From: a virus
Lineage: Duplodnaviria; Caudoviricetes
IMG/VR virus record: IMGVR_UViG_3300028603_000017
Span: 32,001 to 96,000 of that record
DNA: 64,000 nt
Strand: one strand, 5' to 3'
Positions 8,447 through 18,742 of the stretch are shown here, one piece after another. Below the pieces are notes generated by a model. The model ran no database searches. It had not been told where the DNA came from and saw only the letters and a program-made list of their open reading frames with translations. The stretch's first letter is position 1. Each line of letters begins with the position of its first letter. Both the position numbers and the translations under genes were made by a program.

Positions 8447-9757
8447 ATGAATACAATGAAAAAAAGGTTAGGATTGGAAGCTATTGCCTTTCAGTCTAAG
8501 AATTTCGGTAAAGAACTAGAATTAAATATTGAAGTTTTAAGAGCACAAAACCTAACGATTGATCAAGCCAATAAATCTAAATATAGAAAGAATTTAGATG
8601 ATACCATAAGGAAATATACCAATTTGAATATTTATATTTATTTTGTTCCTTATGACGAAAATACAATTAATGTAAATATTCTTAATATTAATTCTGGTAT
8701 TAATGGCACTGGCGTTGATGTCACTGAAAAAGAATTGGCTAATTTTGGTGAATATGTAAAGAAGCGTGGAAAACAAGCGAAATTTTCAGCTAATTTAAAA
8801 ACTGGTAAAGTAGATGGTTTCTATAGTCAAGTCCAGCAACCTATGGTGTTGGACTATAATGGGTTTGTTAACAATCCTAGATATACGCCAGCTGAAGTCG
8901 TATCTACTATTTTACACGAAGTAGGTCATGCGTTTACCCAGCTTGAATACAGCAATAGAATCGTATCCACAAACCAAGCATTAGCTGCAATATTCTATTC
9001 CATATCTAAAGATAATCCGCCTGATAAACATCTTGGCTATCTAAGGTCAGCTAGTACAGTTATGGGATTAAATCCATCAGCTTTGGACGATATCGTAGAT
9101 GTAAAGAATAATACAATTATATCGTCCATTATTGTTGATAGAGGGATATTAAATATCAAAAGTGAGTTAGGTACTCATTTTTATGATTCTGTCAGTATTG
9201 AATATTTAGCTGATCAATATATGGCTAGGTATGGTTATAGTGCACATTTTGCTAGTCGCCTAAATAAACACTATCAAGGCAGTACCCATAAATCTGCTTT
9301 GACTAGAACAGTTGCAAGACTATTAGAACTCATTGGTGCTTTAATTGTTGGTTTTACTGCTTTAGGTATATTTACAATAAGTGCTATTGCGGCTTTTATC
9401 TACCTTGGTGCAGTTACAGCTATGCTAATAGCTGGTGAAGGTATTAGTATAAAACGAATGACATATGACAATATTATCGTTCGTTATAAAAGGCTCAATG
9501 AACAGGTTATTGAAAGACTAAAGAACAATAAACTAGCTAAAGAAGAAGTAAAACAACTAATAGCTGATTATAACAAAGTCAAAGAAATCATTGAAAAAAC
9601 CAAAGACTTTAAACCAATCTATCAAAAAGTATTTGATTTCATGATTAAGACAAGGCGAGACGGTATAGCCGCTATGCAGCTACAAAGAGAATTAGAAGAA
9701 TTAGCGTCTAGTGATTTATTTGTTAAATCCGCTCAACTAAAGGTATTAGCATCATGA
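8447..9757 (+). CDS. Virion head protein with HExxH zinc-peptidase motif and transmembrane hairpin (phiKZ gp83/84 position)
   Basis: ILHEVGHAF, EYLADQYMARYGY, a long hydrophobic stretch (LIGALIVG...AMLIAG) and an N-terminal GLE maturation site. Confidence 0.7.
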   Translation: MNTMKKRLGLEAIAFQSKNFGKELELNIEVLRAQNLTIDQANKSKYRKNLDDTIRKYTNLNIYIYFVPYDENTINVNILNINSGINGTGVDVTEKELANFGEYVKKRGKQAKFSANLKTGKVDGFYSQVQQPMVLDYNGFVNNPRYTPAEVVSTILHEVGHAFTQLEYSNRIVSTNQALAAIFYSISKDNPPDKHLGYLRSASTVMGLNPSALDDIVDVKNNTIISSIIVDRGILNIKSELGTHFYDSVSIEYLADQYMARYGYSAHFASRLNKHYQGSTHKSALTRTVARLLELIGALIVGFTALGIFTISAIAAFIYLGAVTAMLIAGEGISIKRMTYDNIIVRYKRLNEQVIERLKNNKLAKEEVKQLIADYNKVKEIIEKTKDFKPIYQKVFDFMIKTRRDGIAAMQLQRELEELASSDLFVKSAQLKVLAS

Positions 9758-10224
9758 GACATATTGCTAAATTCTCAGATAAAACCAAAGAGCAGTTAGC
9801 CAGCTTGCTATCTGTAGATCCAAAACTCATCCATATTGCTTTAGGTAAGTATTTGGCTGACACTATGGCAATGCCTACAGCTCCTATTGAAAATATAGCT
9901 GAGCTATATAAAGCATCGTTTCAAACAGCTAATTATGATACATTAGTTTATATAGCTGAAATATTACCTATTGATTTTAAAGCAGTAGATGAAAAAGCTG
10001 AAATCTTTTGGAAAGATAAATATCGAATGCTCTACGATATTTATTATAAAATACCTACTGCTCAAGATCATTATGGTTTATTCTTTGGTATTACCAATAA
10101 GAATATCTCTGTAGAGGAATTACAATTTATCAAAGAACATGCTTTAGATCTGTGTAGAATCTACAATAAGTTCTTTGATATTGTAACAGATATTAAAAAC
10201 CGAATTATTGAGGCTAGAAAATAA
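9754..10224 (+). CDS. Virion protein (phiKZ gp85 position)
   Basis: Translationally coupled in the head operon; synteny. Confidence 0.55.
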   Translation: MRHIAKFSDKTKEQLASLLSVDPKLIHIALGKYLADTMAMPTAPIENIAELYKASFQTANYDTLVYIAEILPIDFKAVDEKAEIFWKDKYRMLYDIYYKIPTAQDHYGLFFGITNKNISVEELQFIKEHALDLCRIYNKFFDIVTDIKNRIIEARK

Positions 10225-12311
10225 TGAACCTGAATGCAGATGCTGGTGAGAACATTACGTTTGATCATTTGTTTAATGAAAATCCAGATCAATTGGATCT
10301 GGTAGACAATACGGATCAAATCAATCCTAAGCAGCCTAATAAAGATACTTTAGTTATCGTTAATACAGATGGCCAGTCAGATCCTGCGAAACCTACAGCA
10401 ACAGAGCTTTTTGGTAGTCCTTTAGTTAAAAACGAATTACCTAACTTTAATGCTGAATTTATTGATGTTACTAAAAACAACTACAATACAACAACGGATC
10501 TCATTGAAGTTTATAATGGCTTAATTCAAGCCAATGGAGTATCTAAAGAAGATATTTCATTAGTAGATTCTATCTCTCCTGGTTTTATCAATGATAAAAA
10601 TCCTATTGGTTTTTATACAGAAGAAAGATCTAAAACTCAATATAAGAAAGCTTTAGAATCTTTAGATAAAGAAATAGATGCTAGGATTGGCATTATTGCT
10701 CAAGCATCTATTGATTATCTAGATAAAGCTCATGAAAAGTATTCAGCTTTAATTTCTTTATTGGAAAAAGACATTATTGATAAAGTTGTTTCTTTACAGC
10801 TAGAGGTACAAGCTTTATCTCTTAAAGTCAATAAAGAAGATAAACATATCAATGAAACATTAGAATCTACTGTAGGTAGATACGTTGATCAAGACTGTGA
10901 TTATTATAAAAAGCTACCGTCCAACATTAATAAAGCGATGATGGAGCTATCTAACGTCTTTGGTCCAGGAGACTCTTTCCTATACAAACTATCAGCTTTG
11001 TATCGCTCTCAGCTAAATACTGATAGTGAGACTTGGTTTACAATAGGTGATAGTAGGGAATTAACTTCTGTCCATAAAGAGCGTCCTTATTTTGGTTTAG
11101 TACAAACCGATAAGACACATGGTTGTGAAGACGCTATTCATAGTCTACATATCCACACAACACTAGCTATTGGTGCTGATACATTAGATCAGATAAAGAC
11201 GTTAACTGGTGCAGCTATTGGTGTCGTTACTGACTTTCCTACGTATAAGGAACAAATTAAACTCTTATCTAGCTCTGCTGATAAACCTAAAGATAAGATT
11301 TTAGAAGAACTCTATGGTCTTAGTTCAGCTAACTCTAAAGACGCTTTAGTTGTTCTAACTATTGTAAACTTCTTAGAAACCTTTATCTGCTATCTAGAGA
11401 AACTAAAAGCTGTTTACTCTGCTATTTCTGATCGTAAAAGTATTTCGACAGAAAGTAGAAAAGAAAAATATAAAGTATCTAAAGAAGGTTTCTTTGATCT
11501 CTTCAAGAAAAAGAAGAAAGAAGAACCTAAAGATAAGTCTTTAAAAGAAATTATAAAAGATAATATTAAACAAGTAGAAGATAACACTGAGGATCAAATA
11601 AAAGTAACTTATAATAAGTTAAATGATTCTTTCAAACTTGATCAATTAGAAAAAGAATTACTCTTATTGAAGAAATGTAGAGATATTAATTTAAAATATT
11701 TAAACGAATATCCGAAATGGTTAAATTCGTATTATAAAGTGTTATCTAAAATACCACGTAATAGAGATGAGATTTTAAAGATATATGCAAAATGTCGTTT
11801 TGAAGCAGATTCTTTAATTTCTAAAGAATATAAAACACTGCCAAATCTGAAAAAAGAAGTTACTAATAATGAAAAAATAGTTACTTCTAAGAATAATGTC
11901 TTTAAGATAATTTTGTCTGCGTCAGCTCTTGAGACAGCCAGAGAAGCAATGAGCTTTGATGAATATGATTTTGTTAGTATTCCTTATGTTCAAATAAAGA
12001 TCTTATCTGAAGACAAACCTGAAGAAACAAGCATTCAAATAAATAAGAAGAACCTTTTAGATATATTAAACACATTACATGAACTATGTGACGTTGAGCA
12101 GGAATTTAATGAAACTCCTCTTAAAAATAATATAAGTGATGTCGCTTTTGATCTACAGGAGTTATCTGAAGATTCGCGAGACGATGAAGAATATGTGACT
12201 ATGGGACATGGGGCTGGTGAAGATTACTATCAAGGCTTTCCTACTAATATCTTATTTGAAATTGAACGCACAATAGAAACTTTGTTTAAGAAAATAAACA
12301 TCAAATTCTAA
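10224..12311 (+). CDS. Internal head protein (gp86 position) with an added C-terminal payload domain
   Basis: GVSKED...GFYTEERSKTQY..ALE N-domain; STE and SKE sites precede a second domain starting SKEGFFDLFK, which is shared with 33146..34303. Confidence 0.65.
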   Translation: MNLNADAGENITFDHLFNENPDQLDLVDNTDQINPKQPNKDTLVIVNTDGQSDPAKPTATELFGSPLVKNELPNFNAEFIDVTKNNYNTTTDLIEVYNGLIQANGVSKEDISLVDSISPGFINDKNPIGFYTEERSKTQYKKALESLDKEIDARIGIIAQASIDYLDKAHEKYSALISLLEKDIIDKVVSLQLEVQALSLKVNKEDKHINETLESTVGRYVDQDCDYYKKLPSNINKAMMELSNVFGPGDSFLYKLSALYRSQLNTDSETWFTIGDSRELTSVHKERPYFGLVQTDKTHGCEDAIHSLHIHTTLAIGADTLDQIKTLTGAAIGVVTDFPTYKEQIKLLSSSADKPKDKILEELYGLSSANSKDALVVLTIVNFLETFICYLEKLKAVYSAISDRKSISTESRKEKYKVSKEGFFDLFKKKKKEEPKDKSLKEIIKDNIKQVEDNTEDQIKVTYNKLNDSFKLDQLEKELLLLKKCRDINLKYLNEYPKWLNSYYKVLSKIPRNRDEILKIYAKCRFEADSLISKEYKTLPNLKKEVTNNEKIVTSKNNVFKIILSASALETAREAMSFDEYDFVSIPYVQIKILSEDKPEETSIQINKKNLLDILNTLHELCDVEQEFNETPLKNNISDVAFDLQELSEDSRDDEEYVTMGHGAGEDYYQGFPTNILFEIERTIETLFKKINIKF

Positions 12312-12420
12312 TTACGTTACTGATTCAACTGAAAATATATATAGATTTATACAAGAATATAACATAAGACAGTTTTCTGCTGTTTTAGACTTTGTTAAAG
12401 CATCTATGCGACAACATTAA
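12298..12420 (+). pseudogene. Orphan C-terminal fragment of an internal head-protein paralogue
   Basis: Startless frame (TSNSNYVTDSTENIYRFIQEYNIRQFSAVLDFVKASMRQH*) ends like the AMISYAGQSIKQYQ* and AATEYVGQSLKLY ends of nearby paralogues. Confidence 0.55.
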
Positions 12421-12485
12421 ATAAATACATCATACACTCTAGATAGGGTTAAACCCTATCTAGAGTGTATGATGTATTTATTTAA
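12417..12485. terminator. Perfect 69-bp palindrome (CATA/TATG family, copy 5)
   Basis: 34-bp arms with a 1-nt centre; contains the TAA stops of both convergent frames. Confidence 0.85.
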
Positions 12486-15433
12486 GCACCTACAAATTGA
12501 TCACCCAAATTGTGTTCAATGAAATTGATGTTGATATCCTCAACTACAATTCTATCACCGTTAGGTAGAGCAGTTAGCTTCTTACCAATAGAGAGTCTAT
12601 CACCCTCATTAAGAATCGTGATAGTATTGATGTTAGCAGATCCACCTAATCCAGTAATAGCTACACTAATTACATCTTCACCATAAATGGATCTTAGGTG
12701 TGTAATAATAGCGCTATTGCTAACAACGTTATTGACTAAGAGATTATCTATTTCTCTGATAGTAGAATCATTCAAGTATTTTCTGAGTTCAGCATTTTCA
12801 TATACTGACTTTTTGACATACAGATGAACATTAAAGACTTGATTGGCTTGAATGTTCATCACTTGTGATTGATCAGCTAAAACCTTAATCGTGCCTAGAT
12901 TGGTCTTAGGATACAAATAGATTCTGGTCTGATCTAATGATCTTTGATTAAAATCACCTAGTTCATTAACTACCCAGTTGACAATAGCGTCCGTCATTTG
13001 TTTTCTATAAGTAGCAGCAGAGCTATCGTTAGCTAACAAATAAACACCGTCAATAAAGAATAGTTCCATTTGCCTTAGGATACTGGATCCACCCAAAGGT
13101 ACAGGTTTACCATTTTCATCTAAAACAACATCACCAGCTTTATGTTTGTATTCTATTAAACCATCTTGACCAATAACAGGCTCACCCTTGTGGTACAAGA
13201 TATTGTAAGTGATTTGACCTAATTCATTAATTTTAAAAATAGAACCAGTCTCAGGATCTGTTTCATAGATATCGTTTTCATATACCTTAGGCTCATCCAT
13301 GGTATAAGTCTGGTATTGAGCAGATTGTAATACAGATCTAGATCTTTTCCACAGATAATCTAAACTGGTACCAAACTTAGTCAATAGAGTCTCATGGTTT
13401 AACCCTACTGCTGTACTGGGAGCTGTTACTCTATTGATCACATCATCAATAGCTGTCGTAGACCAATTAGGATCTAAGGATTCATCTAGATAATAAACAA
13501 TATCAAACCTTTGATTCAAAAGAGCGTATACGCTTCTGTCATCAGTATCGAAATAGTTAAAATTTAGAAACTGTAAATTATGATCAGCGTCAATATCAAA
13601 ATTTGATTGTAAATCAAATTCAAAGATAATCTCATTATCAGCAGCAGCAATAGCGGTGCCATTAATAGAGCATCTAACACCATTTTCAGGTATAAAAGAT
13701 ATCTGTGCGCCTACTTTACTCATAGGTAAAGCTTTCAGAGCATCATTGCTCTTTATCTTTGTTCTGATCTTAAAACCAGTATCAACTCTGATAATGTCAA
13801 AAGCTGACGTATTGATCTCTAAACCCGTACTGTCATTTTGATCCACGAAAGTCAAAGACTCAATCTTAGGATCATCTAAATGATAAGCTCTTAATTCAAA
13901 TTCATTACTGCTAGAGTCTAGTACGTAATAAAATGGATTATAAAGATACTTAACACCACTAACAGCTTTGACAAAAGCTTCATTGGATAAAACCATCAAA
14001 GATGATTTATCCTGAAGAGACAGTAAATTAATAATACCGTTTTCATTAACGAATAGAGTATTAGACGGAATAGTCAGTCTATTGCCGTTATTTCTAATGA
14101 AAGGATAATTCGTTAATGCATCCATAGATGAGATAAAGGTTTCAATACTAGAGTTACCAGCAGTAATGAGCTTTTCATCAAATGGGTCAGGCATTTGCCT
14201 GGTAGCTAAATAGATACGGTTAGTCACCACATCTACATTCTTAACAATAGAGTAGTTATTATTGCTTAAAAATGACTCTAGCTGTACATTGGTAATAGGT
14301 AGCTGTTGTGGACCAATGCTATTTTTAATGACTCTATCTCTGAGCTCATCAAATGTTAAAGCATTTCTGCCACCATCAATCATTTCAGCAGAATAAGCAA
14401 ATATCGTACGAATAGCTGACAGTGGTGCAGTAAATGCATTCATCTCAGATCTATCAATAGCGTACCATTCAGTGACAAAACTCTCTGGTGTATAAGTCGC
14501 TAAAGATATAACCAATCTACCTTTGGTATCGTAAATATCTGTTCTGATAGAACCGGTGATTTGATTGGTGGTAAAATAAACCTGAGGAATATAGACATTC
14601 AAAGTCTTTTCAGAGCTATTGACCTTCAGTACTGCTGTAGGTGTTTTGTTGTCATAAACCTGATCAGTGTGAGTCGTCTTTATTTCTTTCCACTTATTAG
14701 CAGTAGAGTTAGACTTATTCCATACTCTGGCATAATAAAATTCGTCTGTATAACTGTACGTTCTATTAAACCCACGAGTTACAGTAGTTTCTTCTGTGAA
14801 GGTTTCAATCTTGAATTGTTCAGCATGTACTTCAAGATATAACCATTCATCATATCCAGCAGGATACAGATCAGATGCTATTTTTCTAACATCCCACTTG
14901 ATAATGTTAGTCGTTAGTTCTTTTAAGGGATTGGTTTGGTCTGTATTGTAAACGATTTGTAGACCACCGTGCTTTAGCTCTCGTATCTCTACAGGGTAGA
15001 GCATTGAAAAAACAATATCGTTAACTGTAAAGAAAGTATTTCTAGGAATAACCAGTTTTCTGATACCTGTAGAAATATCAGTTACCATATTCTCTAGTAT
15101 TTCTGCTTTTCTAGCTACAATGGTAAACTTAGTACTAGCAGGTACTGCAAACCTATCGATAAAGTCTTCATCACTCATGTGAATATAGATATCGTCTTCA
15201 GTTTGAGCTACAGCAGGATATTGTCTTCTGGTATTGACTTCATTTTGTACCATAAATGCTGCTGTATGGACAGCAGCATTTTCTAAACTGAATACAAAAG
15301 GATTGGTAGCATCAACGAGTTCTACTTCACCATTTAATATAGCGCCCAAGTGTTCAGTAACAACTTGCTGAATGGCACTAGGGTTATATCTAAATCTTAA
15401 TATATTGTCTTTTAAACTATTGACAGTACTCAC
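12482..15433 (-). CDS. Large tail/baseplate structural protein (phiKZ gp87-like)
   Basis: 983 aa; NPSAIQ...DATNPFVF.LE, RRQYP.VAQT.DD.Y.HMSD and GGRNALTFDELRDRVI (baseplate-wedge-like); synteny. Confidence 0.7.
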   Translation of the reverse strand: MSTVNSLKDNILRFRYNPSAIQQVVTEHLGAILNGEVELVDATNPFVFSLENAAVHTAAFMVQNEVNTRRQYPAVAQTEDDIYIHMSDEDFIDRFAVPASTKFTIVARKAEILENMVTDISTGIRKLVIPRNTFFTVNDIVFSMLYPVEIRELKHGGLQIVYNTDQTNPLKELTTNIIKWDVRKIASDLYPAGYDEWLYLEVHAEQFKIETFTEETTVTRGFNRTYSYTDEFYYARVWNKSNSTANKWKEIKTTHTDQVYDNKTPTAVLKVNSSEKTLNVYIPQVYFTTNQITGSIRTDIYDTKGRLVISLATYTPESFVTEWYAIDRSEMNAFTAPLSAIRTIFAYSAEMIDGGRNALTFDELRDRVIKNSIGPQQLPITNVQLESFLSNNNYSIVKNVDVVTNRIYLATRQMPDPFDEKLITAGNSSIETFISSMDALTNYPFIRNNGNRLTIPSNTLFVNENGIINLLSLQDKSSLMVLSNEAFVKAVSGVKYLYNPFYYVLDSSSNEFELRAYHLDDPKIESLTFVDQNDSTGLEINTSAFDIIRVDTGFKIRTKIKSNDALKALPMSKVGAQISFIPENGVRCSINGTAIAAADNEIIFEFDLQSNFDIDADHNLQFLNFNYFDTDDRSVYALLNQRFDIVYYLDESLDPNWSTTAIDDVINRVTAPSTAVGLNHETLLTKFGTSLDYLWKRSRSVLQSAQYQTYTMDEPKVYENDIYETDPETGSIFKINELGQITYNILYHKGEPVIGQDGLIEYKHKAGDVVLDENGKPVPLGGSSILRQMELFFIDGVYLLANDSSAATYRKQMTDAIVNWVVNELGDFNQRSLDQTRIYLYPKTNLGTIKVLADQSQVMNIQANQVFNVHLYVKKSVYENAELRKYLNDSTIREIDNLLVNNVVSNSAIITHLRSIYGEDVISVAITGLGGSANINTITILNEGDRLSIGKKLTALPNGDRIVVEDININFIEHNLGDQFVGA

Positions 15434-15453
15434 GATATTTATCCAAACATTAT

Positions 15454-16566
15454 TTAAGCAAATGTATCATCGATGATTGATGTACCTAAGGCTGCCATAG
15501 CTTGATCGAATTGAGCTTTCTTTGTGTTATAATGATCAATTTCAATCCACCACTGTAATTCATAGCTCTCAGGATTTATTCTAGGATAACCTCTGTTATT
15601 AAAGAGTTTCAAATATTCATACGGAATAGCTATCATCAAGGAGTCTCTGCGATCATCCCGCATAGCTGTGTTAAAGGTAGATACCAGTTTGTTAAATGCC
15701 CAAACTAAAATATCGTCATTATAAATAGCACCATAGCACTTAAATGGTATAGCTATTTGTGCATTTACATCATTATAAGGTTTTTCAGAATTGAAGTCAA
15801 ACTTACCAGCTATTGGATCCGCTATTGGAAAAGCAGCACCAGTAGCCGCAATGCTCTGAACATATCTTTTTGATGAATCTAATACCAGTCTATAAATACG
15901 GGTATTATAGTCAATAACATTACCAACAATATAATCAGGATAGGGTAGCAGTGTTCCTTCAAAGACCGCAGCCATATAGTGAGCCCAATAAAAGAACATA
16001 GAAGTAATGGGATCACCTCTTAAATTCCTGAAAGTCGCAGTGATATCGTATGATGTGTAATTTTTGACCACACCATCTACCATACCCCATTCTTCTTTAT
16101 ACATACCAGCTTCTGATCCTGAAGTAGGTACAGTAATATCTGGCCAACCACTCATGCTAATTAAGTTATTAGTGAGTAATGGTAAAAATGGGTTTTTCAT
16201 GTCTGTAAAAGGACATGCTTCTGGACCTAATCTTCTTGTCTCAGGATTTTTAGTACTGTACCCATCCATGATCCTAGGATCTAATTGGGTGCGTATATAT
16301 CTTTGGTATGACTTGGTATCTGCCGCTAATAACGGAATCATGATCCGCTCATTTCTAAGATTGGCAGTCGTCAGGTTAAGCTGTGGTCTGGTAAAGAATG
16401 TTAACCCGTATTGATCTTTATTAATTGGCACAGCAGATGCAATCTGCCTGTGATTTATGCCGTATAAATTGTCTATAATAGCACGAGACATGGTGCTACC
16501 CAAATTCATTTGGGTAATGTCATCAATGCTAAATGGAACTAACGGCTGACCGTCTTCGACACTCAT
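15454..16566 (-). CDS. Tail/baseplate structural protein (phiKZ gp88-like)
   Basis: YGINHRQ, GLTFFTRPQLNL, SMSGWPD and IDYNTRIYRLVLD blocks; synteny. Confidence 0.7.
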   Translation of the reverse strand: MSVEDGQPLVPFSIDDITQMNLGSTMSRAIIDNLYGINHRQIASAVPINKDQYGLTFFTRPQLNLTTANLRNERIMIPLLAADTKSYQRYIRTQLDPRIMDGYSTKNPETRRLGPEACPFTDMKNPFLPLLTNNLISMSGWPDITVPTSGSEAGMYKEEWGMVDGVVKNYTSYDITATFRNLRGDPITSMFFYWAHYMAAVFEGTLLPYPDYIVGNVIDYNTRIYRLVLDSSKRYVQSIAATGAAFPIADPIAGKFDFNSEKPYNDVNAQIAIPFKCYGAIYNDDILVWAFNKLVSTFNTAMRDDRRDSLMIAIPYEYLKLFNNRGYPRINPESYELQWWIEIDHYNTKKAQFDQAMAALGTSIIDDTFA

Positions 16567-16605
16567 TTTGAATAAAACCTTTTTTTTTCTGCTACAGGAA
16601 TAACT

Positions 16606-17709
16606 ATGGATCCCATTGCTACGTCACAGACCGCTGGTGCTGTACTCAATACAATTAAAGACGTTGTCAAATATGCAGTTAAGGCATCAGGCAATGTAGC
16701 ATACACCGATGTGTCTAAATCTCTAAGAGTTGAGCCTATCGTTATCATCTCTCAGGATTTAACCAATACTGAATTCATGCCTGATGTGATGCAGTCAGTG
16801 CAAAATCTATTTGTAGGTTATTATCTACAGGCTATTTCTTTGATTGGTAATATCAATACTGTTAAAGCTATTAAAGTATTAGATAAACTCAATCCTAATT
16901 CAAGTGTAGTTAATAGATCTTGGATGTATGGTTTTGAAAACTATAAGTTTAAACTGCCTAGTGTTAAAGTTCCTCAAGTAACTCTAGAGTCTTTTGGTAA
17001 TGAAAATTATACCGCTAAAGTATTTGAGAAAGATATCAATACTCGTATCAATGAAAATGCTTCGTTGTCTGTAGGTAAGATCTTTAACGTTAGTTTAAAA
17101 GTACCTATTAATGCCGATAAGGTAGAAGATGTAACTGTACCTGTGAGTGTTAGACTCATGGTAAATCAAGTCAGTGAAAAAGCTATTGTTTCTATGCTGA
17201 CGATGATGAGTCGTGATACGACTTTCAAAGAAAGATGGCATGCTTACCGAGCCGGTAAGATTTCTTTCATCAAAGATTTGGTGTTGTGCAATGATCTGAT
17301 TAAAGACGCTAAGCGAGTCATGCAAAATGATAAGGACGGCGTTATTACTCAGATCTTCCAAAGATCTACCAACAGTAAGCTCAACTCTTTATTTGGCTCT
17401 AGCGGTCTTAATCTGGCCAGTGCTACAAACATATATGTCATTAGTAAAGAAGTGGCAGACGCTATTGAAGCTAAACTCACTAGCAAGTTGTCTAATTTTA
17501 AAACAAGAGAAGAACTGCTCAAGAGTGGTTATTGCATGATTTTGGCTGTGGTAGATAAAACGTGGGAGCGTGTTACTTTCTATCATAGAGGCATTGCTGC
17601 TAGCTCTAGTGTTGGTATCAAAGATATCAAAGCCAGCAACAAAGGCAATGGTCCCGATGTTACTGAGATCATGAAAGCTATTTTGATCGGTAATCAACCT
17701 CCTATTTGA
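16606..17709 (+). CDS. Inner-body/head protein (phiKZ gp89-like)
   Basis: RVEPIV, YYLQAISL, LDKLNP, TLES cleavage site and ERWH.YRAG.I.FIKDL; divergent from the gp88-like gene. Confidence 0.75.
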   Translation: MDPIATSQTAGAVLNTIKDVVKYAVKASGNVAYTDVSKSLRVEPIVIISQDLTNTEFMPDVMQSVQNLFVGYYLQAISLIGNINTVKAIKVLDKLNPNSSVVNRSWMYGFENYKFKLPSVKVPQVTLESFGNENYTAKVFEKDINTRINENASLSVGKIFNVSLKVPINADKVEDVTVPVSVRLMVNQVSEKAIVSMLTMMSRDTTFKERWHAYRAGKISFIKDLVLCNDLIKDAKRVMQNDKDGVITQIFQRSTNSKLNSLFGSSGLNLASATNIYVISKEVADAIEAKLTSKLSNFKTREELLKSGYCMILAVVDKTWERVTFYHRGIAASSSVGIKDIKASNKGNGPDVTEIMKAILIGNQPPI

Positions 17710-17713
17710 TCAT

Positions 17714-17767
17714 CAACATACTCCGAGTATAGATAGCTCAACAGCTATCTATACTCGGATGATATCG
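17714..17767. terminator. CATA/TATG-family hairpin (copy 6)
   Basis: caacata-c-17-bp stem tccgagtatagatagct/agctatctatactcgga, then a T-rich tract. Confidence 0.8.
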
Positions 17768-17802
17768 CTATTTTTTCTTTTGTTTTATTGTTCATTATAA
17801 TC

Positions 17803-18705
17803 ATGGCTACATTATTCGATTATCTCAAGTCACTGCTGCCTAAGTTTGGTAAGGACAAAGTAGCAGAATTAGCTCGTCAAACACAAAACGAGTTAACCAG
17901 CTTTGTTATCCCTAGCTATATTGAAGCTGAAAAGGGTTTAGGCGCTAGAGCTTTTAAAGCTCCTAAGATTCTAGAGCTGACCAATATCCTTAAGCGTAAT
18001 GTTAAGGTAGATAAGCCTAACGATAATATTATCAGCATTATTCGAAAGAAGCTAGAGCAGATCTCTAAGAATAACCAAATCATAGAAAGTCATATTGTTG
18101 AGTCTTTAGAAGATGATGTGGTTATTGCTGGTGTTACTATTCTTAAAGTAAACCTACTGCGTTTGATTGAAACCACTAACTTCGTTGCTCGTTATTCCAG
18201 TAAGCTGCTAAACTATATCTATATTTTAGAAACTGCTGCTGTGGGTGGCGATATGCGCTATATCCAAGACTCTTTATCTAAGGGTGAGATTATTTGGCTA
18301 GAGGAAAGATTTCTAGATTATGCTGTAGCTTTAGGGATTTTGTCTCGTACTGATAGAGAAATATCATCTATACTGAATTCTTTACCTGAAGCTGTTGTAG
18401 AAGGCTCTAGCTCTAATGCTGCATTAGCTACCATGGGTGAGACTAAGTTTGATCCCTTTGGCTTTAGACGTTTGAGTGGATTTACTTATAATCCTATTTT
18501 TCATCTTCGTTTAATAGCAGCTAATTATCAAGCCAATAAGTACAAAGAGCAAAAAGAGCTCAAAACTATTTTGCAGCTGCGTCTTTTAAATCTGAAGAAT
18601 TCACAAACAGGTACTCCTAATCCTAAATTAGAGAGAGAAATAGAATATGTTCAACGCCGTATTGATCGCATAAGTGACGATATTCGTCGTGCTGAGCAAG
18701 AGTAA
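17803..18705 (+). CDS. Inner-body/head protein (phiKZ gp90-like)
   Basis: ATG 17803 (MATLFDYLKSLLPKF); NPIFHLRL...LQLRLLNL...LEREI C-terminus; synteny. Confidence 0.7.
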   Translation: MATLFDYLKSLLPKFGKDKVAELARQTQNELTSFVIPSYIEAEKGLGARAFKAPKILELTNILKRNVKVDKPNDNIISIIRKKLEQISKNNQIIESHIVESLEDDVVIAGVTILKVNLLRLIETTNFVARYSSKLLNYIYILETAAVGGDMRYIQDSLSKGEIIWLEERFLDYAVALGILSRTDREISSILNSLPEAVVEGSSSNAALATMGETKFDPFGFRRLSGFTYNPIFHLRLIAANYQANKYKEQKELKTILQLRLLNLKNSQTGTPNPKLEREIEYVQRRIDRISDDIRRAEQE

Positions 18706-18742
18706 TCTTGAGAAAATCAATATCAGCAGTGAAAGGCGCATA

